A DNA stretch of 64,000 nt from Nitrospira sp. (GCA_047150005.1 AP038806.1:1440001-1504000), one strand, 5' to 3'. Positions 47,437-62,122 are shown, counted from the stretch's first letter. The notes: generated by a model not told the origin, from the sequence alone. Numbers and translations are program-made.

Positions 47437-48474
47437 CTAGTCCCCGACCCGCCCTTCCTGAAACAGCTGGTTCATGATGGCGTTCTTCATGTCGGGGTCT
47501 TTGTAGTACTTGAGCGCCTTGGTGTAATTGTCCATCGCGCTTTCCGGCTTGCGCCGCTGCGCATAGTACTCGGCGATGCCGTGATAGGCGCGGGCGTCCT
47601 GCTCGTTGGCTTTGAGGCCGCGGTTGAAGGCTTCGTAGGCGTCCTGCAAGTGCCCCTTCCGCAGTGAGATCCATCCGAGCGCCGTATGTGCCGGTCCGAA
47701 GTCGGGATTCGACCGGAGTGCCTCTGCATACTCCTTCTGCGCCAGGTCCATCCGGTTCCGTGTTTCATACAAGCTGCCGAGCGCAAACCGCACTTCTGCG
47801 TCGTGCGGATTCAGCCGGAGCGCCTCCTTGTAGGCCTGCACGGCCGCCTCCTGTTTGCCCTGCTCCACCAAGGCACAGGCCAGATTCGCATGGGCCACGC
47901 TGTCGCTCGGGTCGAGTTTGATCACTTCCCGATACTGCGGGATCGCCATTTCCAGCCGGCCTTGCTCCTGATAGGCCACGCCCAAATTGGTCCGAGCCGG
48001 CGCGTAGCCGGGATCGAGCCGTACGGCCTCCCGATATTCTTTGATCGCCATATCCGGACGGTCGGCCCGTTCGTGGATCTGCGCCAGAAAGTAGTGCGGA
48101 TAGGCGGACGCCGGAGCCAGCTTCGAGGCCTCCTTGTAACTCTGCTGTGATCGCTCCGATTGGCCCGACTGCGCCAGGAACAGACCCATGATGAGATGGG
48201 CGGAGGCCTGGTCGCCATGCACCGCGACGAGGTCCTCCGTCCACTGTTTGATCCGCGCGATGTCCTCCTCCTCCTGGAGACAGTGTGCGTGGCTCGTCCA
48301 GGCCTCGGCGAATCGCCCTTTGAGAAGATGGGTGACGTTCAGCACGAAATGCGGGCGGGGGTCCCGCGGATCGCCGGCCTGGGGATGGCGGGCCCAGGTC
48401 AGCGCCGCCTGGGCGCCCCGCTCCCAGTCGCCCTCCAGGAGGGCGGTTTCGCATGCTGTTCGGTGGTCGCTCAT
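47437..48474 (-). CDS. Tetratricopeptide repeat protein
   Basis: Multiple 34-aa repeats, e.g. ARTNLGVAYQEQGRLEMAIPQYREVIKLDP. Confidence 0.9.
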   Translation of the reverse strand: MSDHRTACETALLEGDWERGAQAALTWARHPQAGDPRDPRPHFVLNVTHLLKGRFAEAWTSHAHCLQEEEDIARIKQWTEDLVAVHGDQASAHLIMGLFLAQSGQSERSQQSYKEASKLAPASAYPHYFLAQIHERADRPDMAIKEYREAVRLDPGYAPARTNLGVAYQEQGRLEMAIPQYREVIKLDPSDSVAHANLACALVEQGKQEAAVQAYKEALRLNPHDAEVRFALGSLYETRNRMDLAQKEYAEALRSNPDFGPAHTALGWISLRKGHLQDAYEAFNRGLKANEQDARAYHGIAEYYAQRRKPESAMDNYTKALKYYKDPDMKNAIMNQLFQEGRVGD

Positions 48475-48493
48475 GACGAGAAGAACCGGCCGG

Positions 48494-49981
48494 CTATCTG
48501 GTCAAGGTATCTTCGTCATCCGGCGAGGTCGCCTGCATGTGCCGGCCGAGGGATGGGTAGCGCTCCGCCACCTTCTCCTTGATCAGCCAGGCGACGGACC
48601 GGTAGGACCAGTGTCCCTTCACGCCGGAGCGCAGCTTGGCGATGTACTCGGCCTCGGCAAAATCCATCTTGAACAGACAGCGGACCTTGAATCCGAACGG
48701 AATGGCGTAGAGGGCGGCTTCCCCGTTGAGTTTCTTGAGCTGCTCGATGTCCGCCTGCACGGCGTCCATCGCTTGCTTGTATTCTCTATCGAGACCGGCC
48801 TGCACGAGCGGTCGGGGTATGTCGTACCCGTGTCGGGTCGTGAAGTTCTGTTGGATCTGCTGGCATCGCCGATGCCGATGAAGATCGCGCCACCCACCGA
48901 TGTCCATGAGAATATCGAACGTGAACGGATAGCCGCTGCGGAATTCCCTGATGAGTTCGTCATAGGGGCCCCGTCTGCTTAGCGCAACTTCGATTGTTTC
49001 CTGCTTCTGCTTCTCGGTCCAGTCGCGGACGACGGCCAGGACGTTTCGATAGGGAGCTTGGGACACGCGGTAGAGGAGCGTCGCCACCACTTCGTCGCAG
49101 GGGTCGTGCGGTTCGATCAGCTCGACCGGCTGCTGGCTGCCCCACGTGGCGGCCTCGTCGAGCCCCGTTCCGCGGAGAGCCTCTTTCGCATACCGCGCAA
49201 GGTCCGTGTAGACGGTCCCTTGATACTCGTTGGCCTTGGCGTGGCGCGCCAGCGTGGGGGCCAGCGATTCGTGCGCGCCGGTCGATTGCCCGTTCAGCTC
49301 GCCCCAGACGTTCATCGGAGGCCGCTGGCAGGCGTCCTTCAGATCTTCACCGATCATGCGGAGCTCCGGCAGCTGGGACGACAGGAGCCGGGTGATCTGC
49401 TTCTCCAGCGTCCTGATACTGACCACCTGGCCGACGTTGGTGCGGGACGCCAGCGGCAACAGATAGCGCGTGACGTCGAAGGCCCTGGCGGCGATCGTGC
49501 GCTGGTAGTCGCCGGGCTTCATGGATTCCGGGCGCGGATCGCGCTCCGACAAAAATTCCACCAGCGGGCCGTGCAAGAGGCGGTAGATTTCCCCCAGGCT
49601 CCGGAGAATGCCCTGGTAGGTTCCTTCCGTTTCACTGCCGTGGATCGCGTCTGGTACATACCACCCGCTCGAGGCAAAGTTTTGATACCGGCTCGATTTC
49701 GCCTGCCCGTCCCACACCGGTTCGTCTTCCAGGCGGATCGCCGCCAATTCAGTGATCTCCTCGAAGCAGACAATCACGTGACCGAGGTCGGCGATGGAAG
49801 CGTGGCCGTAATCGAAGTAGAACTGTTCCCAGAACTTTTCAGAGGAATGTCCGTGGACCCATTTGATGCTGTTCTCGATGGAATCGGGAGACCGGCTGTA
49901 CCGGGCCAAGGCATAGGCGGACTTTTCAGGCGGCATCGGGGCCACGGCGATCACGCGACGGCTTGGACGGTCTACGCTCAT
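48494..49981 (-). CDS. thyX: FAD-dependent thymidylate synthase ThyX-like, double-length
   Basis: ALARYSRS, YGHASIAD, KSSRY, RYLLPLA..TNVG, WRDLHRHR, LRS...GHWSYR. Confidence 0.8.
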   Translation of the reverse strand: MSVDRPSRRVIAVAPMPPEKSAYALARYSRSPDSIENSIKWVHGHSSEKFWEQFYFDYGHASIADLGHVIVCFEEITELAAIRLEDEPVWDGQAKSSRYQNFASSGWYVPDAIHGSETEGTYQGILRSLGEIYRLLHGPLVEFLSERDPRPESMKPGDYQRTIAARAFDVTRYLLPLASRTNVGQVVSIRTLEKQITRLLSSQLPELRMIGEDLKDACQRPPMNVWGELNGQSTGAHESLAPTLARHAKANEYQGTVYTDLARYAKEALRGTGLDEAATWGSQQPVELIEPHDPCDEVVATLLYRVSQAPYRNVLAVVRDWTEKQKQETIEVALSRRGPYDELIREFRSGYPFTFDILMDIGGWRDLHRHRRCQQIQQNFTTRHGYDIPRPLVQAGLDREYKQAMDAVQADIEQLKKLNGEAALYAIPFGFKVRCLFKMDFAEAEYIAKLRSGVKGHWSYRSVAWLIKEKVAERYPSLGRHMQATSPDDEDTLTR

Positions 49982-50023
49982 GCGACGCTCCGGTTCAGGG
50001 AGAGACGGGAGTGGAAGGAGGCC

Positions 50024-50106
50024 ACTATAGCGCTCCGCGTCCGCCGCGTGCAAGCGCGGCGTCGTCCGCCTGCGCGTTGACTTGGCCGCGAGGCCGTCGC
50101 TATAGT
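50024..50106. promoter_or_regulatory. Back-to-back sigma70-like promoters for thyX (-) and hisS (+)
   Basis: Plus: TTGACT(50077)-N18-TATAGT(50101); minus: TTGCAC(50053)-N18-TATAGT(50029). Confidence 0.55.
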
Positions 50107-50139
50107 CCGCTCGCATCGGCGAGACGTGCGAGCTTGCTC

Positions 50140-51396
50140 ATGATCAAGGGAATTAAAGGCGTCAAGGACATTTTACCCGAGGAAACTCCGCGGTGGCGCT
50201 TCATCGAAGAGGCCGCACGCCGGTGGGCGGAACGGTGCGGATTTCAGGAAATCCGTCTGCCCATTTTCGAGGTGACGGCACTGTTCGCCCGCAGCATCGG
50301 AGCCACCACGGACATCGTGGAGAAGGAGATGTACACCTTTCCCGATCGCGACGGCACCCTGCTGACCCTGCGACCTGAGGGCACGGCGGGCACGGTCCGG
50401 TCGTTCGTCGAGCACAATCGAGCAGCCGATCCTCTCCCGCAGAAATACTACTATCTCGGGCCGATGTTCCGTCATGAGCGGCCGCAAGCCGGCCGGCTCC
50501 GGCAGTTTCACCAGTTCGGCGTCGAACATTTCGGCACGCAGGATGCGCGGGCGGACGTGGAAGTCATGTCGCTGCTGTGGCGCTTCCTGTCGGACCTTGG
50601 CCTTCCGGATTTGACGCTGGAAGTCAACAGTCTCGGCACCGTTGCCGACCGGACTGCGTATCTTCCGGTGCTCGTCGCGTTTCTGAAGGGGCGCACGGAC
50701 CGCCTCTGCGCCAACTGTGTTCGACGGCTGGACACCAACCCGTTACGGGTGCTCGACTGCAAAGTCCCCGAATGCCGCGCTGCCACGGAGGAGGCGCCTC
50801 GCCTTATGGATCACTTGTCGGCGGAAGCCAAGGCTCACTTCGAAGAGGTGCTCGCCGGCCTGACCGCGCTCGAGATCCAGTACCACGTGAATGCCCGCTT
50901 GGTCCGCGGCCTCGACTACTATTGCCTGACGGCCTTCGAGGTCACATCGTCTCACTTGGGTGCTCAGAACGCCGTCGGAGCCGGCGGCCGGTACGACGGG
51001 CTGGTTGAGACGCTCGGAGGACCCAAGACTCCCGCGGTCGGGTTTGCGGCCGGCCTCGAGCGGATCTTCCTGATGTTGCCGGAGGCGACGCAGTCTTCTT
51101 CCCTCCCCTCAGTCTATGTGGCCTCGTTCGGAACGGAGGGAGCGCCGGCCGGTGTGCGGGTGCTCGACGCATTGCGGCGGGCCGGGCTGGTTGCTCAGAC
51201 TGACTACCGGTCTACCACGCTCAAGGCACACCTCCGTCAGGCTGATCGGACCAGAAGCCGTTGGGCTGTCTTCCTCGGCGACGACGAAGTCCGCCGTGGG
51301 ACCGTCATCGTCCGAAATATGGACACCAAGGCACAGGAAGAGGTGCCTTTCCCGGAGATCCCGCGTTACGTTCTCGCACAGCTTTCTCGTTCATAA
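50140..51396 (+). CDS. hisS: Histidine--tRNA ligase
   Basis: DIVEKEMYTF, LRPEGTA, FRHERPQAGRLRQFHQ, LVRGLDYY, GGRYDGL, GFAAGLER. Confidence 0.97.
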   Translation: MIKGIKGVKDILPEETPRWRFIEEAARRWAERCGFQEIRLPIFEVTALFARSIGATTDIVEKEMYTFPDRDGTLLTLRPEGTAGTVRSFVEHNRAADPLPQKYYYLGPMFRHERPQAGRLRQFHQFGVEHFGTQDARADVEVMSLLWRFLSDLGLPDLTLEVNSLGTVADRTAYLPVLVAFLKGRTDRLCANCVRRLDTNPLRVLDCKVPECRAATEEAPRLMDHLSAEAKAHFEEVLAGLTALEIQYHVNARLVRGLDYYCLTAFEVTSSHLGAQNAVGAGGRYDGLVETLGGPKTPAVGFAAGLERIFLMLPEATQSSSLPSVYVASFGTEGAPAGVRVLDALRRAGLVAQTDYRSTTLKAHLRQADRTRSRWAVFLGDDEVRRGTVIVRNMDTKAQEEVPFPEIPRYVLAQLSRS

Positions 51397-51413
51397 CGCG
51401 CATATTTTTCGTG

Positions 51414-51442
51414 TTGACTTCCTTTCGAAAACCCCGTAGGCT
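51414..51442 (+). promoter_or_regulatory. Putative sigma70 promoter for the DsrE-like operon
   Basis: TTGACT-N17-TAGGCT. Confidence 0.45.
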
Positions 51443-51510
51443 CGCCCCATTACACTCGTCTAACAGTTTGAATAATAAGCAAAGTTTCTTTCCTTGTTCT
51501 AGGTCGTCGC

Positions 51511-51831
51511 ATGGCTGCGCAGAAGCTGGGTCTCTTGTTATCCACACCCCCATCGGACCCCAGCGTTGAGACAGTCGCTCATCTCGCCCGAGCCGCTTTG
51601 GGTCGAGGAATCGAAGTTTATCTCTACCTCATCGACGAGGGCGTCAAGAACGTCCGGGACCATCGCTACATCGGCCTCCTCGATCAGGGGGCCAGACTGT
51701 CCATCTGTGCGTATGGCTGCCAGCAACACGGCGTCCCCACAGAACAGGTTGATTCCCGCGCATCTCTTTCTGGCTTGGTCGTGCTCTCCGGAATCATCGA
51801 TGGCTGTGATCGCTTTCTCGCCTTCACATGA
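51511..51831 (+). CDS. DsrE/TusD-like sulfur relay protein
   Basis: LLLSTPP, VYLYLIDEGV, LSICAYGCQQHG (conserved Cys position), CDRFLAF. Confidence 0.78.
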   Translation: MAAQKLGLLLSTPPSDPSVETVAHLARAALGRGIEVYLYLIDEGVKNVRDHRYIGLLDQGARLSICAYGCQQHGVPTEQVDSRASLSGLVVLSGIIDGCDRFLAFT

Positions 51832-51840
51832 TAGTCCATA

Positions 51841-52185
51841 ATGGCTAAGCGTATTGCCGTGGTGATTACAGAGGACCCTCGCGAGACGCACCGACCAGTC
51901 GAAGCGCTTCGTATCGCCCTCGGCCTGTCCGCCGGCGACCATGAGACGACCGTCGTCCTCCTGGGTCCCGCCACTCGCCTCCTCACCGAGGATACCGACG
52001 ATGTCATCGATGTCGATATCCTTGAGCGATACCGCCCTTCGTTCCAACAACTGGCCGTCCGGTTCGTCGTCGATGACACAAGCGTTCCCACGGCACTTCT
52101 ACCTGGTTATGCGGTGGAACCGCGATCGAGACAGGATATTCAATCCTTGTTACGCGCCGCTGAGCGAACAGTGATTTTCACATGA
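51841..52185 (+). CDS. DsrF/TusC-like protein
   Basis: IAVVITEDP...EALRIALGL...TVVLLGPA; C-terminal AERTVIF. Confidence 0.7.
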   Translation: MAKRIAVVITEDPRETHRPVEALRIALGLSAGDHETTVVLLGPATRLLTEDTDDVIDVDILERYRPSFQQLAVRFVVDDTSVPTALLPGYAVEPRSRQDIQSLLRAAERTVIFT

Positions 52186-52421
52186 ACTCGTTTCTCTATC
52201 TTCTTCGACAACCGCCTGATCAGATCCCGGATGCCCTGTTTCGCCCTTCCGATACCCTCGGCGATGTCGTGCTGCTGGAAGCGGCTACGTCATCTGTCAT
52301 GTCCGTGCCACACGGGATTGTGCTCAGGATCGAGCAGGGGCGTGCAAGGGACGAAGGTACGGTGACCTACGACGAATTGGTTGAGAAGATATTCGACAGC
52401 GACCGTGTGATGGTGATCTAG
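52182..52421 (+). CDS. DsrH/TusB-like small protein
   Basis: DVVLLEAA...VTYDELVEKIFDSDRVMVI; ATGA overlap; third gene of the trio. Confidence 0.6.
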   Translation: MNSFLYLLRQPPDQIPDALFRPSDTLGDVVLLEAATSSVMSVPHGIVLRIEQGRARDEGTVTYDELVEKIFDSDRVMVI

Positions 52422-52730
52422 GAACACTCTGTTACTTCCGGGAGTCTCTCAGAAGAAAGAAATCCGTGGTCGGAGTCGGAGTAGTAATAGGTCCTGTGGA
52501 GAAGGAGGAGAGGACATAAGTGTTGACTGTGAAACAAAAGTTCACCGGAAGATCCTGGTGATGGAGCTGGGGATTGACTCTGGGTTGATGGTGAGTGCAC
52601 AGTCAGCAACCTCTGAATCACGTGTCGGGGTGGTGATCGGTCATCCGGGGACCGGGGACTCGGTGTGTGCGGCGTAACCGAAAGAGGCAGTAGGATATAC
52701 AGTTATCCACAGGTGTGAATAAACCTGTGT
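52422..52730. other. Probable chromosomal replication origin (oriC) / dnaA regulatory region
   Basis: Perfect DnaA box TTATCCACA (52703-11), inverted TGTGAATAA (52714-22), near-match TGTGGAGAA (52495-503); AT-richer intergenic region upstream of dnaA. Confidence 0.7.
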
Positions 52731-52751
52731 ATGGGTGATATTTCAGGGATT

Positions 52752-54095
52752 ATGACTATCGCATCGGTCTGGCAAGAGGCCTTGGCTTATATCCAGGGAA
52801 AAGTCCCAAAACAGGTGTACGATACGTGGTTTACACCGGTGCACCTGGAACGGATTGAAGACAGTACGGCTCAGATTGCGGTGCCGAACAAGTTCTTCGG
52901 TGACTGGCTGAGCCAGCACTACGGACCGCTCTTGGAAGAGGCGGTCTCGACGGCCCGCGGCGGAGGGGAAACGGCCGTATCGTTCGTCGTCTTCAACCGT
53001 CTGTCGACCAAGCACATAGACCCCACCGTCGTTGATCAGGCAGCCAGAGCTGTCGCGGGAGCCAAGGCGAAGCGCGGCATCCAACTCAATCCGAAGTATA
53101 CATTCAAGAACTTCGTAGTCGGTGCCGGGAATCAGTTCGCCCATGCCGCCTGCATGGCGGTCGCCGAGCAGCCGGCCAAGGCCTACAATCCATTGTTCAT
53201 CTACGGAGGGGTCGGCCTCGGCAAGACGCATCTGCTCAACGCCATTGCGAATCATGTCGCGGAACGCACGGATTTGCGGATTGCCTACTTGACGACCGAG
53301 CAGTTTACGAACGAGGTCATCAACTCCATTCGCTACGACAAAATGACGGATTTGCGGAAGCGCTACCGGCACATCGATATGTTGATGATCGACGACATCC
53401 AGTTTCTGGTTGGAAAGGAACGGACGCAGGAAGAATTCTTCCACACCTTCAACGCCCTCTACGAGGCGCATAAGCAGATCGTGCTCTCCAGCGATCGTTT
53501 CCCGAAAGACATGCCCGATATCGAGGAGCGGTTGCGGTCGCGCTTCGAGTGGGGACTGATCGCCGATCTCCAACCACCGGACGTGGAAACGCGGATCGCC
53601 ATTTTACGCAAGAAATCCGAAGATGAAGGCGTCACCCTGCCGGAGGATGTGATCCAGTTCCTCTCGACCACGATGAAAAGCAACATCCGGGAATTGGAAG
53701 GCTCTCTGGTCCGCCTGGGCGCCTACGCGTCGCTGACCGGACAAGTCATTACGTTGGACATGGCGAGAAACGTCTTGAGAGACCTCATCGGCGACAAGAA
53801 AAAGATCGTGGCCCTGGAGGATATCCAGGAGGTCGTGAGCACATGGTTCCATGTCAGAATCGCGGATCTGAAGTCGCGACGCCGGAGCAAAACCCTGGTC
53901 CATCCGAGACAGATCGCCATGTACCTGTGCCGGGAGCTGACCGACGCGTCATATCCGGAGATCGGGCGGCATTTCGGAGGCAAGGACCACACGACGATCA
54001 TTCACGCCTGCCGACAGATTGGCAAGGCGCGGGAAAGCGACAGCGCGCTGCAGGCGACGCTGGATGGACTCAAGGACAAGATCCTGCGCGGCTGA
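52752..54095 (+). CDS. dnaA: Chromosomal replication initiator DnaA (alternative start 52731)
   Basis: YNPLFIYGGVGLGKTHL, IDDIQF, QEEFFHTFN, RLRSRFEWGL, RELEG, FGGKDHTTI. Confidence 0.98.
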   Translation: MTIASVWQEALAYIQGKVPKQVYDTWFTPVHLERIEDSTAQIAVPNKFFGDWLSQHYGPLLEEAVSTARGGGETAVSFVVFNRLSTKHIDPTVVDQAARAVAGAKAKRGIQLNPKYTFKNFVVGAGNQFAHAACMAVAEQPAKAYNPLFIYGGVGLGKTHLLNAIANHVAERTDLRIAYLTTEQFTNEVINSIRYDKMTDLRKRYRHIDMLMIDDIQFLVGKERTQEEFFHTFNALYEAHKQIVLSSDRFPKDMPDIEERLRSRFEWGLIADLQPPDVETRIAILRKKSEDEGVTLPEDVIQFLSTTMKSNIRELEGSLVRLGAYASLTGQVITLDMARNVLRDLIGDKKKIVALEDIQEVVSTWFHVRIADLKSRRRSKTLVHPRQIAMYLCRELTDASYPEIGRHFGGKDHTTIIHACRQIGKARESDSALQATLDGLKDKILRG

Positions 54096-54119
54096 CGGTC
54101 GCTCGGGGAGAAGGGGATC

Positions 54120-57792
<3,673 letters not shown>

Positions 57793-57979
57793 CGGGCGGC
57801 GGGTCCTGTCGGCGGACAGCCCCGGCATGCTCGCTCCACCCATCCCCCAGTGGGTCCCTTCCGCTGCGCGTGCTCGGTGAAAGCCGCGTCTCGGCGCGGC
57901 GGGGTGGGAGGGTGAGAAGATCGCCCGTCCGCCGCCACCCGCGTATCATTTTTTCGAAGAAAGAGGAGTAGAAGGCAAC

Positions 57980-60460
57980 ATGCCGCCGGATGAACGACTA
58001 GGTCAGATCGCGATCGAAGACGAGATGCGGTCGTCCTATCTGGATTACGCCATGAGCGTGATCGTGGGACGCGCCCTCCCTGACGTCCGTGACGGCTTGA
58101 AGCCCGTGCATCGCCGCATCCTCTTCGGCATGAACGAGATGGGCTTGGTCCACAATCGGGCGTACCGCAAGTCCGCCAAGATCGTCGGCGAGATCATGGG
58201 TAACTATCATCCGCACGGCGATTCCGCCATCTATGACACCCTCGTGCGCATGGCGCAGGATTTCAACATGCGCTATCCCCTGGTCGACGGCCAGGGCAAC
58301 TACGGGTCGATGGACGGTGATTCTCCCGCCGCCATGCGGTACACCGAGGCCCGGATGACGAGGTTGGCCGAAGAACTCCTGGCCGACATCGACAAGGAAA
58401 CGGTGGATTTCGGTCCGAACTACGATGAGTCCCGCGTGGAGCCCTTCGTCCTCCCCACGAAAGTCCCCAATCTCCTCATCAACGGAGCGGGTGGGATCGC
58501 CGTCGGTTATGCGACGAACATCCCGACGCACAATCTGGGCGAGGTGGTGGAAGGGCTGTTGTTGCTGCTGGAGAATCCCGACGTGACCGTGGCGCAGTTG
58601 ATGAAGAAGATCCCGGGACCGGATTTTCCCACCGCCGGATTCATTTACGGCATGAGCGGCATCAAGGACGCCTACGAAACCGGGCGCGGCCTTCTGAAGC
58701 TGAGGGCGAAGGTTGTCGTGGAATCGGAGCAGCGCACGGACCGCGAACGGCTCATCGTCACGGAGATTCCGTTCCAAGTGAACAAGGCGAAACTGATCGA
58801 GAAGATTGCGGAGCTGATCCAAGAGGACCGAATCAAGGGCATTTCCGACTTGCGCGACGAATCCTCGGCGCGGGAGGGCGTCCGCATCGTCATCGAACTC
58901 AAGCGCGGGGAAATCCCGTTGGTCGTGTTGAACAATCTCTACAAGCACACGCAGCTGGAAACGACGTTCGGCGTGATCATGCTGGCGCTGGTGAACAACC
59001 GCCCGGAGGTGCTGAACCTCAAACAGATCCTGCACCACTTCATCGAGCATCGCCGCGAAGTGGTGGTGCGGCGGACGGCCTTCGAGCTGCGGAAGGCCGA
59101 GGAGCGGGCGCATATTCTCGAAGGCCTGAAAATCGCCCTCGACAACCTCGATGCCGTGATCACCTTGATCCGGCGCTCCCAATCGCCGGACGAGGCCAGG
59201 GTCGGCCTGGTGCGACAGTTCGCCCTGAGCGAGATTCAGGCGAACGCCATCTTGGACATGCGGCTGCAGCGTCTGACGCAGCTGGAGCGTACCAAGCTGA
59301 TCGAGGAATACGCGGAGGTGTTGAAGCAGATCGAGTATCTCAAATCGGTCCTGGGCAGCGAGGCCTTGGTGCGCAAGATCATCAAGGACGAGCTGACCCA
59401 GATCTACGAAACCTATCGCGATGAGCGGAAGACGCAGATCGTCAAAGAAGAAGCGGAGATTAGCATTGAGGATCTGATCGCGGAAGAGGAGGTCGTCGTC
59501 ACGATTTCCCACGCCGGCTACATCAAGCGCAACGCCGCGTCGCTCTATCGGGCCCAGCGCCGCGGGGGAAAGGGCAAGATCGGGATGGGCATCAAGGACG
59601 AGGATTTCGTCGAGACGCTCTTTACGGCTTCGACGCACGACGCGTTGCTGTTTTTCACGGACGCGGGAAAAGTCTACTGGCTGAAGGTGCACGAGATCCC
59701 CGAGGCGAGCCGCGCGGCCAAGGGTAAGGCGCTGGTCAATTTGCTGGCCCTCTCGGGAAGCGAAAAAGTCACGGCCACGCTTCCCGTCAAGGAATACCGC
59801 GACGACCGGTTCGTGATCATGGCCACGAAGCGGGGGATCATCAAGAAGACTGAGCTGTCCGCCTATGGCAATCCACGTCAGGGCGGCATTATCGCGCTGA
59901 GACTGGAAGAGGGCGACAAGCTCATCGCCGTCCACATCACGGACGGTCAACGGGAGATTCTGCTCGGCACGAAACAGGGCATCACCATCCGCTTCAAAGA
60001 GGACGAGGTCCGGCCGATGGGGCGGACCGCCTACGGGGTGAAGGGCATCACGCTCGAGGAAGGCAACGAGGTGATCGGGATGGAGACGATCACCCCGGAC
60101 TCGACGACCGCCATCCTGACGGTGACGGAGGGAGGCTACGGCAAGCGGACGCCGGTCACGGAATACCGCGTACAGGGTCGCGGCGGCAAAGGAATCATCA
60201 GCGTGAAGACGACCGAACGGAACGGATTGGCTGTCGGATTCCTTCAAGTACGCGACGGCGATGAGATCATGCTGATGGCCGCACAAGGCAAGGTGCTTCG
60301 GTGCAAGGTGGATGACATTCGCGAGATCGGCCGCAACACGCAAGGCGTCCGAATCCTCGACCTCGAGGGTGAGGAGGACCGTGTCGTGGCGGTGGCCCGG
60401 CTCGCTGAAAGCGGTGAGCGGGAAGAGCAAGGTCCCGACGAACACGCTACCGGTCAATAA
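57980..60460 (+). CDS. gyrA: DNA gyrase subunit A
   Basis: [30 protein letters not shown] catalytic Tyr, GyrA-box QRRGGKG. Confidence 0.98.
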   Translation: MPPDERLGQIAIEDEMRSSYLDYAMSVIVGRALPDVRDGLKPVHRRILFGMNEMGLVHNRAYRKSAKIVGEIMGNYHPHGDSAIYDTLVRMAQDFNMRYPLVDGQGNYGSMDGDSPAAMRYTEARMTRLAEELLADIDKETVDFGPNYDESRVEPFVLPTKVPNLLINGAGGIAVGYATNIPTHNLGEVVEGLLLLLENPDVTVAQLMKKIPGPDFPTAGFIYGMSGIKDAYETGRGLLKLRAKVVVESEQRTDRERLIVTEIPFQVNKAKLIEKIAELIQEDRIKGISDLRDESSAREGVRIVIELKRGEIPLVVLNNLYKHTQLETTFGVIMLALVNNRPEVLNLKQILHHFIEHRREVVVRRTAFELRKAEERAHILEGLKIALDNLDAVITLIRRSQSPDEARVGLVRQFALSEIQANAILDMRLQRLTQLERTKLIEEYAEVLKQIEYLKSVLGSEALVRKIIKDELTQIYETYRDERKTQIVKEEAEISIEDLIAEEEVVVTISHAGYIKRNAASLYRAQRRGGKGKIGMGIKDEDFVETLFTASTHDALLFFTDAGKVYWLKVHEIPEASRAAKGKALVNLLALSGSEKVTATLPVKEYRDDRFVIMATKRGIIKKTELSAYGNPRQGGIIALRLEEGDKLIAVHITDGQREILLGTKQGITIRFKEDEVRPMGRTAYGVKGITLEEGNEVIGMETITPDSTTAILTVTEGGYGKRTPVTEYRVQGRGGKGIISVKTTERNGLAVGFLQVRDGDEIMLMAAQGKVLRCKVDDIREIGRNTQGVRILDLEGEEDRVVAVARLAESGEREEQGPDEHATGQ

Positions 60461-60498
60461 CGCCCGCCTCGCCCTCCCCGTGGCCGCTCGCCCCGCTC

Positions 60499-61071
60499 AT
60501 GAACAACACGACGATCCAAGCCCAGCCCCCTTCCCCCCAGAAGAAACCGCTCGATACCGTTGTCAAGCTGGCCCTCGCGGTGTTCTTCGGATCGTTCGCC
60601 CTGATCTGGGGCGGCATGTATCTCAGCCGGCCGGACCGATCGATTCCACCCTACAGCATCGGATCGCAGGAGGGAACCGCAGTGTCGGTGCACGTGCCGG
60701 CTTGGACGAGCGACACCGAAATCGAAACGCTCATCGAGCGGTTTCGGAAGATGGGCCGCCAGACCAGAAACTTCGGTCCCATGAAGATCAGGCCCACCAC
60801 GCCGGACGATCCGAACGGGCGATACCGACGCATTACCATTTACATTTTTACTCATGACGCCTGGGCGGAAGCGCCGATTCTGCACAAGTACCTGAGCGGG
60901 GAAGATCGAGAGGTTCGCGAAGGATTCCGGAAAGCGATGCGCGGTTTCTATCAATTGACGGAATCGGAAGAGGAGGGACGGATCGGTCCGCTGGTGGATG
61001 GACCGGACTCGGCTGCGACCGCCGCGTACTCTCGTCGGCTCTTCAAGGAAGCGCTCCAGCCCGGATCCTAA
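60499..61071 (+). CDS. Hypothetical membrane-anchored protein
   Basis: Single N-terminal TM (LALAVFFGSFALIWGGMYL) then a soluble domain. Confidence 0.7.
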   Translation: MNNTTIQAQPPSPQKKPLDTVVKLALAVFFGSFALIWGGMYLSRPDRSIPPYSIGSQEGTAVSVHVPAWTSDTEIETLIERFRKMGRQTRNFGPMKIRPTTPDDPNGRYRRITIYIFTHDAWAEAPILHKYLSGEDREVREGFRKAMRGFYQLTESEEEGRIGPLVDGPDSAATAAYSRRLFKEALQPGS

Positions 61072-61108
61072 CAGGCTGCTGAAAAGCTGGAGGACGTTTC
61101 AACTCCTG

Positions 61109-61579
61109 CTAGCGGGGGCCGGCGCGCGACAGGGCTTCGGCCATCACCTGCGTGAGGCGGCGCCGAAGTTCTTCATCCTGGATCGCCGCCGCGTGAGCCG
61201 AAGCCTCGACCAGTGCGGCCTCGGTTGTCGGAACCCGGTTGGCCGGCAGAGCGGGGACCGGGCCGCTGCGGCTTGCAGGAATTTCGCCCACGCGCAACGC
61301 GAGATCCGTGATGAGTGTCCCGTTCGCTTCGTGCAGTTTGGCCAGCAGCGCCGGTTTCAAGAACGTCAGTTGCTGCATCCAGACGGAGTTGCGGACGATG
61401 AGGTAGAGTTTCTTGAAGCGAATCTGATCCGGCCAGGTATGGGACGCGATCGGTTCCCCGACGATCCGGACCCAATCACGCTGAAGGCGCAATTCCAGCA
61501 GGCGTGACTCCAGGCCGAGTCGTTTGGCCAGGCCGGACAGGACGGTTCCGAAGGCATCAACGGGTCCAGGGCCGCGCAT
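61109..61579 (-). CDS. DUF721 / DciA-like helicase loader family protein
   Basis: W..IVGEPIASHTWP, LYLIVRNSVWMQQL, LLAKL; near the replication genes. Confidence 0.82.
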   Translation of the reverse strand: MRGPGPVDAFGTVLSGLAKRLGLESRLLELRLQRDWVRIVGEPIASHTWPDQIRFKKLYLIVRNSVWMQQLTFLKPALLAKLHEANGTLITDLALRVGEIPASRSGPVPALPANRVPTTEAALVEASAHAAAIQDEELRRRLTQVMAEALSRAGPR

Positions 61580-61634
61580 TGTCGGATCTTAGGGCGTGGT
61601 GCCGGCGGGGTCAAGGCGGGAAGCGGAGCGACGG

Positions 61635-62117
61635 ATGGGACAACGAGAGACAGAACGGGCCGTGGCGACCAACCGGAAAGCCTTCCATGACTATTTCATC
61701 GAAGAGCGGTTCGAGGCCGGCATCCAGCTGCAGGGCACGGAGGTCAAGTCGCTGCGGGAAGGCAAGGTCAATCTCCAAGACAGTTACGCGGGCGTGAAAG
61801 ACGGGGAACTCTTCCTTCACCACTGTCACATCAGTCCCTACAGCCACGGCAATATCATGAATCACGACCCGATCAGGGTCCGCAAGCTCCTCCTGCACCG
61901 CAAGGAAATCAACAAGCTCATGGGGAAGACGCAGCAGAAGGGTCTCACCCTCATCCCCCTCCGGATCTATTTCACCAAGCGCGGCTTCGCCAAAGTGGAA
62001 CTGGGACTGGCAAAAGGCAAGAAACTGCATGACCGCCGCGACTCCATCAAAGCCCGTGAGGCCGGCCGCGAAATTGAACGGGCCATCAAGGGTGGGCGGT
62101 CCAGAAATCCAGAGTGA
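61635..62117 (+). CDS. smpB: SsrA-binding protein
   Basis: [40 protein letters not shown]. Confidence 0.97.
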   Translation: MGQRETERAVATNRKAFHDYFIEERFEAGIQLQGTEVKSLREGKVNLQDSYAGVKDGELFLHHCHISPYSHGNIMNHDPIRVRKLLLHRKEINKLMGKTQQKGLTLIPLRIYFTKRGFAKVELGLAKGKKLHDRRDSIKAREAGREIERAIKGGRSRNPE

Positions 62118-62122
62118 GTCGG

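Noticed and set aside
57793..57979. GC-rich self-complementary gyrB-gyrA spacer as an ncRNA
   Set aside because: The pairing is explainable by G/C runs; no T-tract, known motif or second copy in the window
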